Assembly (NCBI RefSeq): GCF_009914755.1
Contig: NC_060928.1
Origin: the human T2T-CHM13v2.0 reference genome, Homo sapiens
Direction: 5' to 3' (one strand)
DNA: 64,000 bases
Position numbers and translations under genes: made by a program. Positions 18,423 to 31,383 of this stretch are shown in pieces; within the stretch, counting starts at the first letter, position 1, and each line of letters starts with the position of its first letter. Below the pieces are notes generated by a model that ran no database searches, was not told the origin of the DNA, and saw only the letters and a list, made by a program, of their open reading frames with translations.

Positions 18423-19445
18423 CTTTGTGGTTTTATCTCCCTTTGGTCTTTGATGATGGTGACGTACAGATGGGGTTTTGGTGTGGATGTCCTTTGTGTT
18501 TGTTAGTTTTCCTTCTAACGGTCAGGACCCTCAGCTGCAGGTCTGTTGGAGTTTGCTGGAGGTCTACTCCAAACCCTGTTTGCGTGGATATCAGCAGCGG
18601 CGGCTGCAGAACAGCGAATATTGGTGAACAGCAAATGCTGCCTGATCGTTCCTCAGGAAGTTTCGTCTCAGAGGGGTACCCGGCCGTGTGAGGTGTCAGT
18701 CTGCCCCTACTGGGGGGTGCCTCCCAGTTGGCTGCTCGGGGGTCAGGGACCCACTTGAGGAGGCAATCTGTCTGTTCTCAGATCTCAAGCTCCATGCTGG
18801 AAGAACCACTACTCTCTTCAAAGCTGTCAGACAGGGACATTTAAGTCTGCAGAGGTTTCTGCTGCCTTTTGTTTGTCTGTGCCCTGCCCCCAGAGGTGGA
18901 GTCTACAGAGGTAGGCAGGCCTCTTTGAGCTGTGGTGGGCTCCACCCAGTTCGAGCTTCCCAGCCACTTTGTTTACCTACTCAAGCCTCAGCAATGGTGG
19001 ACACCCCTGTCCCAGCCTTGCTGCCATGTTGCAGTTCAATCTCCGACTGCTGTGCTAGCAATCAGTGAGGCTCCGTGGGTGTTGGACCCTCCAAGCCAGG
19101 CGTGGGATATAATCTCCTGGTGTGCCATTTGCTAAGACCGTCAGAAAAGCACAGTATTAGGGTGGGAGTGACCCGATTTTCCAGGTGCCATTTGTCCCCC
19201 CTTCCCTTGGCTAGGAAAGGGAATTCCCTGACCTCTTGCACTTCCCGGGTGAGGCGATGCCTTGCCCTGCTTCGGCTCACGCTCGGTGCACTGCACCCAC
19301 TTTCCTGTACCCACTGTCCGACAGTCCCCAGTGAGATGAACCCAGTACCTCAGTTGGAAATGCAGAAATCACCCGTCTTCTGTGTCGCACATGCTGGGAG
19401 CTGTAGACAGAGCTGTTCCTATTCAGCCATCTTGGAACCATCCCC
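18423..19445 (-). promoter_or_regulatory. L1 5'UTR with internal sense promoter and antisense promoter
   Basis: Lies upstream of ORF1, relatively CpG-rich; YY1 core CAAGATGGC at the extreme 5' end (plus strand CAGCCATCTTGG, 19424-19435). Confidence 0.8.
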
Positions 19446-19789
19446 AGGTGAAGTGTGTTTCTTATAGGCAGCAAATAGTTAGGTCTTATTTTTTTCCATT
19501 CAACCACTCTATGTCTTTTGACTGGAGAGTTTAGTCTATTTACATTTAATATTATTATTGATAAGTAAGGACTTACCTCTGCCATTTTATTGTTTTCTGG
19601 TTGTTTTATGGTCTTCTTTTCCTTCCTTCCTTTCTCCCTTTCTTCGTTTCTGTCTTCCTTTTTGTGAAAGTAATTTTCTCTGGTAGTATGTTTTAATTTC
19701 TTGCTTTTTATTTTTTGTGTATTTGTTGTAGTTTTTTTATTTGAGGTTACCATGAGCCTTGCAAATAACATCTTATAACTCGTTATTTA

Positions 19790-20100
19790 ATTTAATTGAT
19801 TTATCCATTTATTTATTTGAGACAGGGTCTTGCTCCATTGCCCAGGCTGGAGTGCAGCGGGGTGATCTTGGCTTACCATAATCTCTGCTTCCTAGGCTCA
19901 AGTGATCCTCCCACTTCAGCCTCCAAAGTAGCTGCGACTATAGGCACATGCCATCATGCCTGGCTCATTTTTGTATTTTTTGTAGAGATGGGGCTTCTTC
20001 ATGTCACCCAGGCTGGTCTTGAACTCCTGGTCTCAAACAATCCGCCCACCTCAGCCTCCTAAATTGCTGGGATTATAGGCATGAGCCACTGAGCCCAGCC
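19790..20100 (-). mobile_element. AluJ (Jb-like)
   Basis: GAGACAGGGTCTTGCTC..GCTCAAGTGATCCTCCCAC; degenerate TSD ATAACTCGTTATTT / ATAACCCATGATTT. Confidence 0.88.
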
Positions 20101-23100
20101 ATAACCCATGATTTTAAACTAATGACAACGTAAGCTTGATTGCAAAAACAAAGAAGCAAAGATAAAAGCTAATACAAACTCTACCCTTTTACTTAATCCT
20201 CCCTTTAAACTTTTGGTTGTTTCATGTTATATTTTATTATATACTATGTCTTAAAAGCTGTTGTAGTTATTTTTGATAGGTTCATCTTTTATTGTTTCTA
20301 CTCAAGATATGAGTGGTTTATACACCACAATTGCAGTGTTACAATATTCTGTATTTGTTTATGTACCCACTATTACCAATAAGTTTTATACCTTCAGATA
20401 ATTTCTTATTGCTCATTAACATCCTTTTCTTTCTTAAAATGAAAGTGAAGCAAATACTATGTCCACATTTATGAGTAGGCTCCTAGTGATAATGGAGCAA
20501 AGCAACTAGCCCTCAGGCAGGGCCTGGTAAGGTCACCATGCTTCACTCAGCACCTGGAGTCTCGCATAGCAAGCTCAGATGTGCCAGTTTAGAGGGTCTG
20601 ACTCACATTAACCAATTCACAATATGCTGATCAGTTCCCAGGGTCTTTATAATAAAGCAGGAAATTACTCAACAGACTGGATATTTGTAAGTATGTAATT
20701 TTTACCAACAGGAGAGTGGCTTCCTTTAAAGTTCAGAGAACCCCTTATTCTGTAGTCCTCTCACAACACTGTCTGAAAGGGCTAATTCTAAAAAATATCT
20801 CATCATCCAAACTTTGTGGCTGGTACCCTAAAGAGGCCCTGGTTGAATGCAATGACGTCTGGGCTTCTATTTTGATGTACATGTCACAGCACTATGTCCT
20901 AAGAGACATGTTTTAAAGAGGCCTGAGAGAATCGAAGACAACCTATTCATAAAAACATTGATATGAATATAGATGTATAAATGTGCACATCACCATAATG
21001 TGAGTTTAAAAGTAGAGAGAAAAAACATCATGGAGAAAAACAAGTTTTTAAAGCACAATATACAGAATAATTTTACAACTAAAACTTTGTGGCCTAGAGC
21101 ATCAAGCCTGTTAATTCGTCATTTCTTTATCTGCATTGCCCCCCAGTGGTAAAATGGCATTAGTCCTTTGGAGAAATTAGGTAGATTGAGAGTAAAGGAG
21201 ACAGGCTGGAACAAGAAAGAGGCAACAGTTCAGATTAAAAAATAAAATAGAAAAGAAGGAAAGTTTTTGTTTCCTGGAGCAGTAATCAGGAGAGTTTGGC
21301 ATGAGAATGTTGGGGAGAGCCCCTGGCACCTGCAGGAGCAGCTTTTGCTGCCCATGGACATTGGTTAGGTCTCTTACATTTCTTAGAATTGACGAGGTTT
21401 TGCTTTGCTTTGTTTTGCAGGCCTGTGTAGGGTGGGTGTTGTGATACTGAGTCACATTGCTCAGCCACCACTGTACCTACCCTGTACTCCCCATCATCTC
21501 AGAGAAATGTGGCCTAGGAAATTGGATGACATGGTCCATAGTATGCATTTAGCAGAGGAGATGTTGGCAGAATAGCTTAGTGGCCCAGAAATGCAGGGCA
21601 TTCTACCCTTTTTAGCTACCCTGGGGACTCACAGACAGACGAGGGCCTTTTAAAGAGGGTGTTTGTTTATAATTTATGTCCATCTATTTTCAATGAGACA
21701 AGGAGAGCTACAATGAATATCACAGTCAAATGGACATTAGAAAAATAAAGATGGCAAACTAGAAACAATCTTGAGGAAGGAGCAGAAACAGTACAGGGAC
21801 TTTGGCACAAGGTGATTACCACAACTAAGCATTGCATTTAGTTCTAAATTATGGCTAATGCAAACTGGAAATGCAGGGAATTATATAGTTTCCATTGCCT
21901 GGAGCAAGAAAACTTAACTGATCTTCAGAGATACACAGTTCTTGGCATTATATGACAAGAGGAATTCCAGAAATCCTAGATCCATAAATAAATATTGCTA
22001 TTGAAAATTGAAATATTGCATTCAATTGCATTGAAACTATCCAAATGTATAGTTGATTCTCTTCCATGAGAGCTTGCAGACCTGTTACTACACCTAGTTA
22101 GTTCCCCTAACCTCTGGTGAGACCTCTAGTGGGCCATGGAGTTACTGCAAAGTGTCCGTGAATCTCGATTCTAGAGGGATCGTTTCAGTAGTGAAAAAAT
22201 GTTTTGTGCAAATAAATGTACCAATATTTTTCAAAAATATTTAATATGAAGATTATTATAACTAGTAAAATATAAATTTATTTAAAAGAACTACTGAATT
22301 CACATTAGCTTCTAGTTATTACAGACTTTCTTAATTAGAGTCTACTAATAATGCCATTATTTTAAAATTGTATATTACAAGTAGGTCCTTGTGCTTGTAA
22401 AGGTTGTAAACCATCACTGGTGCAGACTATCTAGATGGTGTTATTAATCTAAGCGGAGAGGGCAGACACTGCCCACCCCTCCTTAATCATACTCTCAATA
22501 ACTTTTTCATGTTCTATGATGAGCTCCAAGGAAGGCACTTTGTGCTCGGATGCTCTGGGGCTTTGCTCAGTAGTTAGCTTTGTGGTTTTAGGAGGCCCAA
22601 GAGAACTTCAGGGCTTTCCACTCTGAGCACTTTGTTCAGGAAGCTTAAGAGACTTGTTGTGGTTTCGGAAATGACATGCTTGAAGTTGGAGTTCGCACAA
22701 ACTACTGCTCCTGCTTAAACAGATGGTAGGAAGAAAGACAGCCATAGGGGCTGGTGGCCTGAAAACCGAAGCTGTGGTTGTCTCCACAGACAACTGTTCT
22801 TCAACAAGCTTGCAATTAATTGCTCCACAGAGACATACGCACTTCTTTCATGTGGGCAAAGAAAGAACTTTATCAGACAAAAAGCCTCATTTCTCTTAAA
22901 ACGGGATGAAGGGGAGGAAGTTAGGCAGTCAATCGGGGCAGATTTTACAACACTGAAAATCACGTTTTTGTTGAGTTCTCCCTTAACATATGGGTGACTC
23001 CATGCTGCTATAGATGCTTCGTAGATATTTGTGTTACTGTCAACTGCTGGCTGATAACTGCCATAAAGCCCCTAGAGAGGGGGAGGCAGAGCTCCCTCAA

Positions 23101-23909
23101 GCAAGCCTAAAATCTTAACCTACTGTGGTCTAACTCAACCAGCTTAACTTGGCTGTCTGGGGACAGAAGCTGATGGCAACAAGATTTCAAAAGTAAAATG
23201 GGCATGTGCAAAGCCTTGTAAGAAACAAAGTATTTCAGCCTCACCTGATGCAGTGGTGCCATTAAACAAGCTACCAAATCAGCATCGCAAAAACAGACTG
23301 GCATATTTGTTAAATATAGTACCAAGGTCACAAATAGTTTTTAGTTATAACTTTAAATTTATATATAGACACATATAAATTTGAATGTCTAGACAAAAAT
23401 GCCTCTCCCACAGTCTATCATGGCTCCTAAGTTATACCATTGGAAATTCATTGATTTGAGCCAAGAGTCTTTTCTATCTCAGAATGTGAACATTCTGGTG
23501 GATGTGTCTGGTAGAAATGGGGAAAATGACACACATCTGAAGATGGGACAAGGTGCCAGTAAGGAAAATAGAATGATAAAGGAAAATAAAAGGTAAGACA
23601 GATAGTTCTCACAGCTTGGAATGTTTGGAATCTATGGTCAGAAACAAGGTGGCCAAAGGCAAAAATCACAAACTGGGCAAGGTTCTGCCGGCTTGTGGCC
23701 CAACCTCTCAGCTCCCCTCCTCTTCCCTGCCAGGCCCTCCTCCCCTTTGGCAGACTTGATCTCAAGCTTTAAGCTCTTTTTTACCCTCTTTGCTTTAGCA
23801 AACCTATCATATAAAGCGCACTGAACCAAGGAAACACACATTCACATCTTGATTCTTTGGCTAAGACATTCCATCTCTTTCCATCTTTCTTGTAAAATAT
23901 GGTTATTAC

Positions 23910-24014
23910 TATATATTTATATAGTATATATATATATGCTAAATATATATTATATATTTATATAGTGTATATATATGCTAAATATATATTATATATTTAT
24001 ATATAAAAATATAT
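23910..24014. repeat. AT-rich tandem repeat (~40-bp unit x2 within (TA)n)
   Basis: TATATATTTATATAGT..TATGCTAAATATATAT occurs twice. Confidence 0.9.
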
Positions 24015-24831
24015 TTTTTCTTGCATCTTAACATTACTGAAGTCTGGAAACATTTTTAAATGAGTACCTTTTTTTTTGCACTTTCTCACAGGTTACTGTG
24101 AGGGCTGAATGTGCAAAACTTTTTCTAAAGTGTTGCCAATGTATAACCGTAGACAAATAAAATGCCCTGAGATCATTCCCTACAGCATCTGCTGTCTATG
24201 GAATGATGGTCCAAATGATTGCCAGTGACATCTCACAGGTTCCTACACAGCATGCACATGAGGACTTATAAAGTATAAAGGCTGCTGGAAGATGAATGTT
24301 GGTCTTCTGGCAGATGAAGAAAGAGGAAGGTTTGAGGACAGGCCAGCCATGTGGTGCTTCTCAGTATACCAGGTGGATAATCCTCACTCTTATTCCTGGG
24401 CTATTCTTCAGCAATTTTTATAGTATAGCATCTATTGTCTTTAAAGTATTATGGTCAGGGAATGCATGGCGTCAGGCCTACTGGGGGTCTTGCTGTGGTC
24501 AGCATTCTTAAATTCCAAGAAGATGAATTTCTCAAAGTTAGACAATAAGTTATTGGCAGAGTCAGGATTCAAACTTAGAAACCCCTGTGTCCTGTGCAGA
24601 TAAACAAACCTGTGCAGCCAGTGAATGGAGAGTCAACAAATATTTATTGAATGGCTGCTATGTGCTAGGTTCTACACCAGCCATCAGACATGCAAAAATG
24701 AATACATCCTCCTACAAACTGATAATAGATAGGAGAATGTGCTAAGAGCATGAAGTAGAAATTCACAAAAAAAATTTCAAATGACCAATAAATGTTTAAA
24801 TGCGTGTAATTCACTAGCAAAATAAATTTAA

Positions 24832-25240
24832 GGCCAGGCATGGTGGGTCATGCCTGTAATCCCAGCACTCTAGGGGCCAAGGCAGGAGGATTGCTTGAGC
24901 CCAGGAGTTCAAGACCAGCCTGGGGAACATAGCAAGACCCCTTCTCTTAAAAAAAAAAAAAAAAAATTATCAGGTGGTGGTGCATGCCTGTAGTAACAAC
25001 TACTCAGGAGGCTGTGGTGGAAGGATCCCTTGAGGTCGAGGCTGCCATGATCACAGCACTGCACTCCAGCCTGGGTGATAGAGCAAGACCCTGTAACAAA
25101 GAAAGAAAAAGAGAAAGAGATTGAGAGAGGAAGGAAAGAAGGAAGGAAGGAAAGAAGGAAGGAAGGAAGGAAGGAAGGAAGGAAGGAAGGAAGGAAGGAA
25201 GGAAAGAAGGAAGGAGAGAGAAAGGGAGCGAAAGAGAAAG
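24832..25240 (+). mobile_element. AluJ (Jo/Jr-like) whose tail has expanded into a GA-rich microsatellite
   Basis: GAGGATTGCTTGAGCCCAGGAGTTCAAG; TSD AAATAAATTTAA at 24820-24831 / 25241-25252. Confidence 0.88.
25129..25215. repeat. (GGAA)n microsatellite
   Basis: 12 uninterrupted GGAA units at 25157-25204, about 18 units in total. Confidence 0.97.
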
Positions 25241-25800
25241 AAATAAATTTAAGTTAAAAGGAGAAACCTTTTTTTTTTTTTTTGCTCTGTTTGTCAAAGG
25301 TTAAAAACATGACTATACTCAGTGTTAGGAGAGTGTGGGGTCACTTTCCTATCCAGGTGATGTTAAAATACTACCTTGCTAGGGGAGTTTGACAATATGT
25401 ATCAAAATAAAAATGCCTGTCTTTGTCTTGGCAATTCCTAGTTCAGGAATTTAATCAAAGGAAATAATAGAAAAGGGGCTCAAGGATGTGTGTACAAATA
25501 TTTTCATTGAAGTATTGTTCATAATAACGGTTTCATTTAAATGTTGTTTACAGTATTGTTAAATAGTTTATGGTCCATCCTTTCCATGGAATGCTGTGCA
25601 GTTGATAATGTATACCTATGTTAGGATAGTTATCCACAATATATAACTAAGTAAAAATAATGACAGCATGCTATATACAGCTTAATCCTATTTCTGTTTT
25701 TTAAAATGTGTACATGCTTATATACATAGAAATAAATTTTAAAAATCCTCCAAGATTGTAAACATGAACTAGCCTTTCATTTTTATACTTATTTCTTTAA

Positions 25801-26123
<323 letters not shown>

Positions 26124-26864
26124 TGTTTACTTTTATTATCTGAAAAAAGCATTAAAATACAAATATTAAACACTCTACCCTAAAGGAGATCACATTTGTA
26201 TATTCAGCATATTTTTTCAAGTTGGAATGTGAGTTGTCTACCAAGTCTAGAATCTACAGAATTGATAGCGCTAGCAAAGCTGTGAGACTGCCCCTCTTTT
26301 CAAAAACCTAAGCCCAGTCTCATGAAGAGAGCAGGGAATCCAGAGACAACCTGCCTCCAGTCCTGTTCTCGGCATTTTTCTACTTAAGATAAATCAGACC
26401 CAGGTGATATAATCATTTCTCTTGAGCAGGGAAGGAACTAAAGTTTATTGGGAGGTTCTTAACTTCTAGGCACTCTGCTGGATACTTTTATATCCTCCAC
26501 CTGTGAGGCAAGTATCACTAGACAAAGTAACTGGTCGCAAATTGCACAGCTAGAAATTGGCAGTAATGACTCAAATCTAGCCCTGTGATTCCAAAACCTG
26601 TGCTATTTCCCTGGGTTCCTTACTATCTGCTTTTTTGTGTTTGTGTGTTTACCAATATAGATGCCTGGTTTAGTGTGAAATAGTCTATGCATTAAAATTT
26701 GCACTTAACTGAGTCTTCCTTAGAAGAGTCCTACAGTGGGCACATTCCTGTCATGACCTGGCTTTCTTTAACTGGCTAGTGACTCATATATTCTTCCATC
26801 CATCTATCCATCCTTACATATATCATCTGCATTCATCCATCCTTTTGTCTGGAATTTGTTAAGA

Positions 26865-27100
26865 GCAATATAGTTTATAGTTTAAAAGTATGATCCATAG
26901 AACCCAATTGGCTGGGTTCAAATTGTGGCTCTACTGCTTAGTAGATATAATGGACAAGTTGCTTAAAAACTTTGTGCCTTCTTTTCCTGTAAAATGGAAA
27001 TGATAACAGTACCTACCTCATAATGTTGCTGTGAACATTAAATGAGTTAATCAACGTAAAGTACTTAAGGCAGAGCCTGGCATGTAATAAGCACATCATC
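26865..27100 (+). mobile_element. MIR SINE
   Basis: CTGGGTTCAAAT.., CTGTAAAATGGAAATGATAACAGTACCTACCTCAT, ATTAAATGAGTTAAT. Confidence 0.8.
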
Positions 27101-27109
27101 CGCATCATT

Positions 27110-27796
<687 letters not shown>

Positions 27797-29244
27797 TGAA
27801 TCTAATGCACCTGACCATACTCCTCTCCTTTTCTTGCTTGTAAACTTTCTCCCTGTTACAGCCGTTAATTATATCAGACCTAAAAGATAAGGTCAGGATC
27901 ATAGGCAAAACCTCTCCTTTCATTATGCATTCAGTTTCTGTGGTTGACTAACTGAATGTTCCAGCTACACCTGTGTCTGGAAACTTCAGCATATTTAGAG
28001 TCTCGGACCGTGAAAGTGGGATCCAAAGTGTCCCGGGCTTTGGGGAAAACTGACTTCCCAGGCATCTGAGTATGGCAGGCTTTTCTGCACAAGCTGCCTC
28101 CCAGTACACAGAGCAACATCATATGCTGGGGGCCATACCCCTGCCGTCAGCAGAAATCACAGCGTGCCTGCGGGGCAGGCTGACCGGCTTAGGCAGGCAG
28201 AGTTTATTACAGTTCTTATATTGTCCTTCTCAAAAATAATTATGTTCCAAGGACAGAATGCCAGTGATGCAACTCTACTGACTCTGAGTTTTACAAGTCT
28301 GTCTTAATCAGTCTCCAGGATTGCTCTCCCTCTATTTCTTAATTCCCCTTTAAAGTTTCAAGTAGTACATGTTTTCAGATTATTCAGCTTTAATTTATGC
28401 CCCATTCATCAAGAAAATTGTGTATTTTTAATTTTGGTCTTCAATCATTGCATTCCACAGGTGTTCTCTCTGTGTAAAATAATTAGGCCAAAAGATTCTC
28501 ATTCTATTTTGAGATTCTGTTTGAAAGTGAATCAAGGGTGCTCACAAAACTGGTTACCATTTTCCAGAAATGGTTCAAACCCTGTTACCTATATTTATCT
28601 TCAAAAGGACTTTTGTAGTTTTATCATAATACCCTTGGTGTTTCTCTTTTGGCTTCAGCTTGCTTTCTGTTTTTTGGTGTAACATCCTCCATTGTGTATT
28701 TTTGGCAACAGAGCTAGTCTGAATCAGTCTTCCTTTCATTTCTGAGGCAAACTGGTGATTCATCTTTAGCATGGGAACCACTTTTACAAACACGGCTGTT
28801 ACTGTTTTCTGTCACTGAGGTTTGAGTTAGGAAGATAGATCAAGGAAAGTTGTCTCAAGAGACATTCAAGTTTGCAATTCATTCTTCATGGTTGCTGCTG
28901 TCTACAGCACTCAAAAGAATGTGAGTGCAGGTCAGGTCCCTTTGGCCTGCCTTTGACACCACCCCTGCTTGAGGGGGAAGTTGAGATGTGTGGAGGAGGA
29001 TGGGCTGAAAGTTGCATGGAAAAGTAATAAAATCATGTGCCTCCTCATGTGCTATACTGAGAAGGGCCTACCATCACCTACATTGTATTCCTGCCAAAAA
29101 TGTTTAATCTGAACCTAATGGTGAGGAAACAATTGGGCACGTTCAAATTGAGAAGTATTTTGCAAAACAGCTGGCTTAGGCTCTTCAAAAATGTCAATGC
29201 AATGAAAAACAACAACAATAAAAACTTGGGGAATCGTTCTAGAT

Positions 29245-29407
29245 TAGTTCTCAAAATGTAGGCCCTGGAACTAGCAGCATGGGTATCACCTAGGAGTTTA
29301 TTGGAAAAGCATAATCTCAAACCCCACCACAGAACTATAGAGTTAGAATCTACATTTTAACAAGATCCCAGCTGATTTGTATGCACACTCAAATCTGAGA
29401 AGCTCTG
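29245..29407 (+). mobile_element. MER5A-family hAT MITE
   Basis: GTTCTCAAAATGTAGGCCC..AGCAGCAT..GAATCTACATTTTAACAAGATCCC..TGAGAAGCTCTG. Confidence 0.75.
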
Positions 29408-29549
29408 CTCTAGTATACAATTAATATTCAAATTGTCCCAATAGTCTCAGCAATATCCCTCTTTCCTGTTCCCTGCCCTACACCCTCCCCAAGTCTTAAT
29501 CTAGTCAAGTATCTCACATTACATTTGTCAAGTCTCTTTTACTTTAGAA

Positions 29550-29690
29550 CTGTGGCTCTAAAACTTTAGCATGCATCAGATTCACTTGGAGGGTTTGTGG
29601 AAACACAGATTGCCACCCCTCCCCCAACCTTATTTCTTAGTGGTGGTGTTAGTTGCTGTTGACTCTGGGACCACACTTTGAGTACCAAGA
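29550..29690 (-). mobile_element. MER5A-family hAT MITE (second copy)
   Basis: CTGTGGCTCTAAAACTTTAGCATGCATCAGATTCAC ... GGGACCACACTTTGAGTA. Confidence 0.7.
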
Positions 29691-29906
29691 TGTCAAATAA
29701 TAGTACATATTATTTCAGTGTTAAATTTCTAAGTGTAATAATCATGGTTATATAGGAAAAGGCCTTTGTCCCTAAGAGATTCTTGCTAAAGTATTTAGAG
29801 ATTAAGTATCATGATATCTACAACTAACTCACAGATGATTCTGTAAAACCAAGAAACAACTAGATGGATGGATGGAGCATGGATGCATGGAGTGGATGGA
29901 TGGATG

Positions 29907-30691
29907 TGATATGGACAGGCGATAGGGAAATACCGGGTAGGAGAGGGTGCTTCCCTGGCAAAGGCTACACCCTCCCTCAAGCCTGAAGACCCATGGCCGT
30001 AAGTGGGAACAGCCATTTCTGTTTTCATGCCCAAAAAGTTGCCTTTCAGCTCACCACACCCCCTATCCTGTACCCCGTACCTATATAAACCCCAAGTTCC
30101 AGAAGCAGAAGAGCAGATGAGGAGATAAGGAGACAAGCAAATGGCAGAATGATGTGGCAGAGAAAGAGAGAAGAGAATGTCTGAACACCAAGAGGAGTGT
30201 GACTGGGGGTGGTTGGAGAGAAGTTCGGCCACTGGACAGCCAAACTCCAGGGGAAGATCATCTTCCCACTCCATCTCCCCTTCCAGCTCCCCATCCATTG
30301 TGCTGAGAGCCACCTCCACCACTCAATAAAACCCACATTCATCCTTCAAGCCTGTGTGTGACCCGATTCTCCCAGGATACTGGGCAAGAGCTCAGAATAC
30401 AAAAAGCTGTCACAGTGGCTCTCTGCCCTTGAGAAAAAGCAGAGGTCCATTGAGCTGGTTAACACTTAAGCCTTCTGTGCACAGCAAGGCTAGAAGAGCA
30501 TTGTAACACTGGGGCCACAGGCACCCACCTCTAGACACTACTGTGGTGCCAGAGCCCAAAGCGCTCACCCCAGCTCCTGCACCTGCCTGTCTGCATGCTC
30601 CCCCATCCTGTCAGGGGTTTGAGCAGCCAACAGGCGAGCCACACCCCTGTCACACGTCCTATGAGGGAAATCAGAGAACTCTCCCATTTCA
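29907..30691 (+). mobile_element. ERV1 solo LTR, LTR1 family (HUERS-P2-associated)
   Basis: TGATATGGACAGG..GGGAAATACCGGGTAG start, TATATAAA box, AATAAA, ..GAACTCTCCCATTTCA end; 4-bp TSD GATG/GGTG. Confidence 0.8.
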
Positions 30692-30814
30692 GGTGGATGA
30701 GGAATAGATGGATAAAACAAATGTGACAAAATATTAACAATCAGTGAACATTAACATAGATGAACAATGAACATAGTGAGCAAAATAGTTGAGGGAACAA
30801 ATAAACAAACAAAC

Positions 30815-31383
30815 TGTAGGGGAGGAAAAAACCTTTTCCTCTACCCTCTTAGGCTCACTACCCAGGACTCCGCAAATTAGACTATTAAAAGACAGATCGA
30901 CAACTGAAAAGGCACACATATTTTATTTATGTTAATTTTTACATAACGAGGGGACCGTTTTTAGAAAAGAAGTGAAGACCCAAAGAAGCAGGTCTGGGAA
31001 CTTATATGGCATTTTAAACAAAGAACAATACATTGCAAGATATGTGACAAGAAAAGAAAAGGGTTTGGGGCTTCCAAGCACTGCAACCTGTGGGTAGGTA
31101 AATATGTGGGGGAAATATGTGGAAGATAAAGCTATCTTAGCAAGATTTGTTTGTGCAGGTCCACCTCAGTGCTGACGTTCTGTTTTCTTCAAGGTCATGG
31201 TACTTTTCTGGGAGAAGAGATTTATGGCAGTCTTTATTTCTCAGGAGTTTCTGCTTTTACTCAGGTAAGGGAAGCTCTGGGAAGCCTTCTTTCTGCATCT
31301 GTTGAATCCCAAATGTCTTCAGCTCGAGATAATTTTGATGCTAAAGTGGCATATTTTAGTGCAGCATATTCTGATCCTCTTCA
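30815..31383 (-). mobile_element. ERV1 solo LTR, MER67/MER31-like
   Basis: Minus-strand start TGAAGAGGATCAGAATATGC..AAAATATGCCACTTT; perfect 4-bp TSD AAAC at 30811-30814 / 31384-31387. Confidence 0.75.

Larger units (their letters stand above)
24750..25800 (+). mobile_element. Old L1ME 3' fragment interrupted by AluJ
   Basis: GCAATTCCTAGTTCAGGAATTTA..AAGGAAATAAT, GATGTGTGTACAAATATTTTCATTGAAGTATTGTTCATAAT. Confidence 0.55.
29072..29860 (+). mobile_element. L1MC (MC4/5-like) 3'UTR, interrupted by two MER5 elements, middle segment inverted
   Basis: TATTCCTGCCAAAAATGTTTAATCTGAACCTAAT.., CTCTTCAAAAATGTCAATG, AAGTATTTAG..CATGATATCTACAACT. Confidence 0.65.

Noticed and set aside
21780-22420. Possible very old repeat fragments (hAT-like ends near 22100 and 22410)
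   Set aside because: Too diverged to assign without a profile search.
25004-25297. EGRK / LPSF-repeat ORFs
   Set aside because: Translations of the GGAA microsatellite.
29795-30322. 175-aa minus-strand ORF
   Set aside because: Antisense reading of the LTR1 solo LTR; no gag/pol/env similarity.
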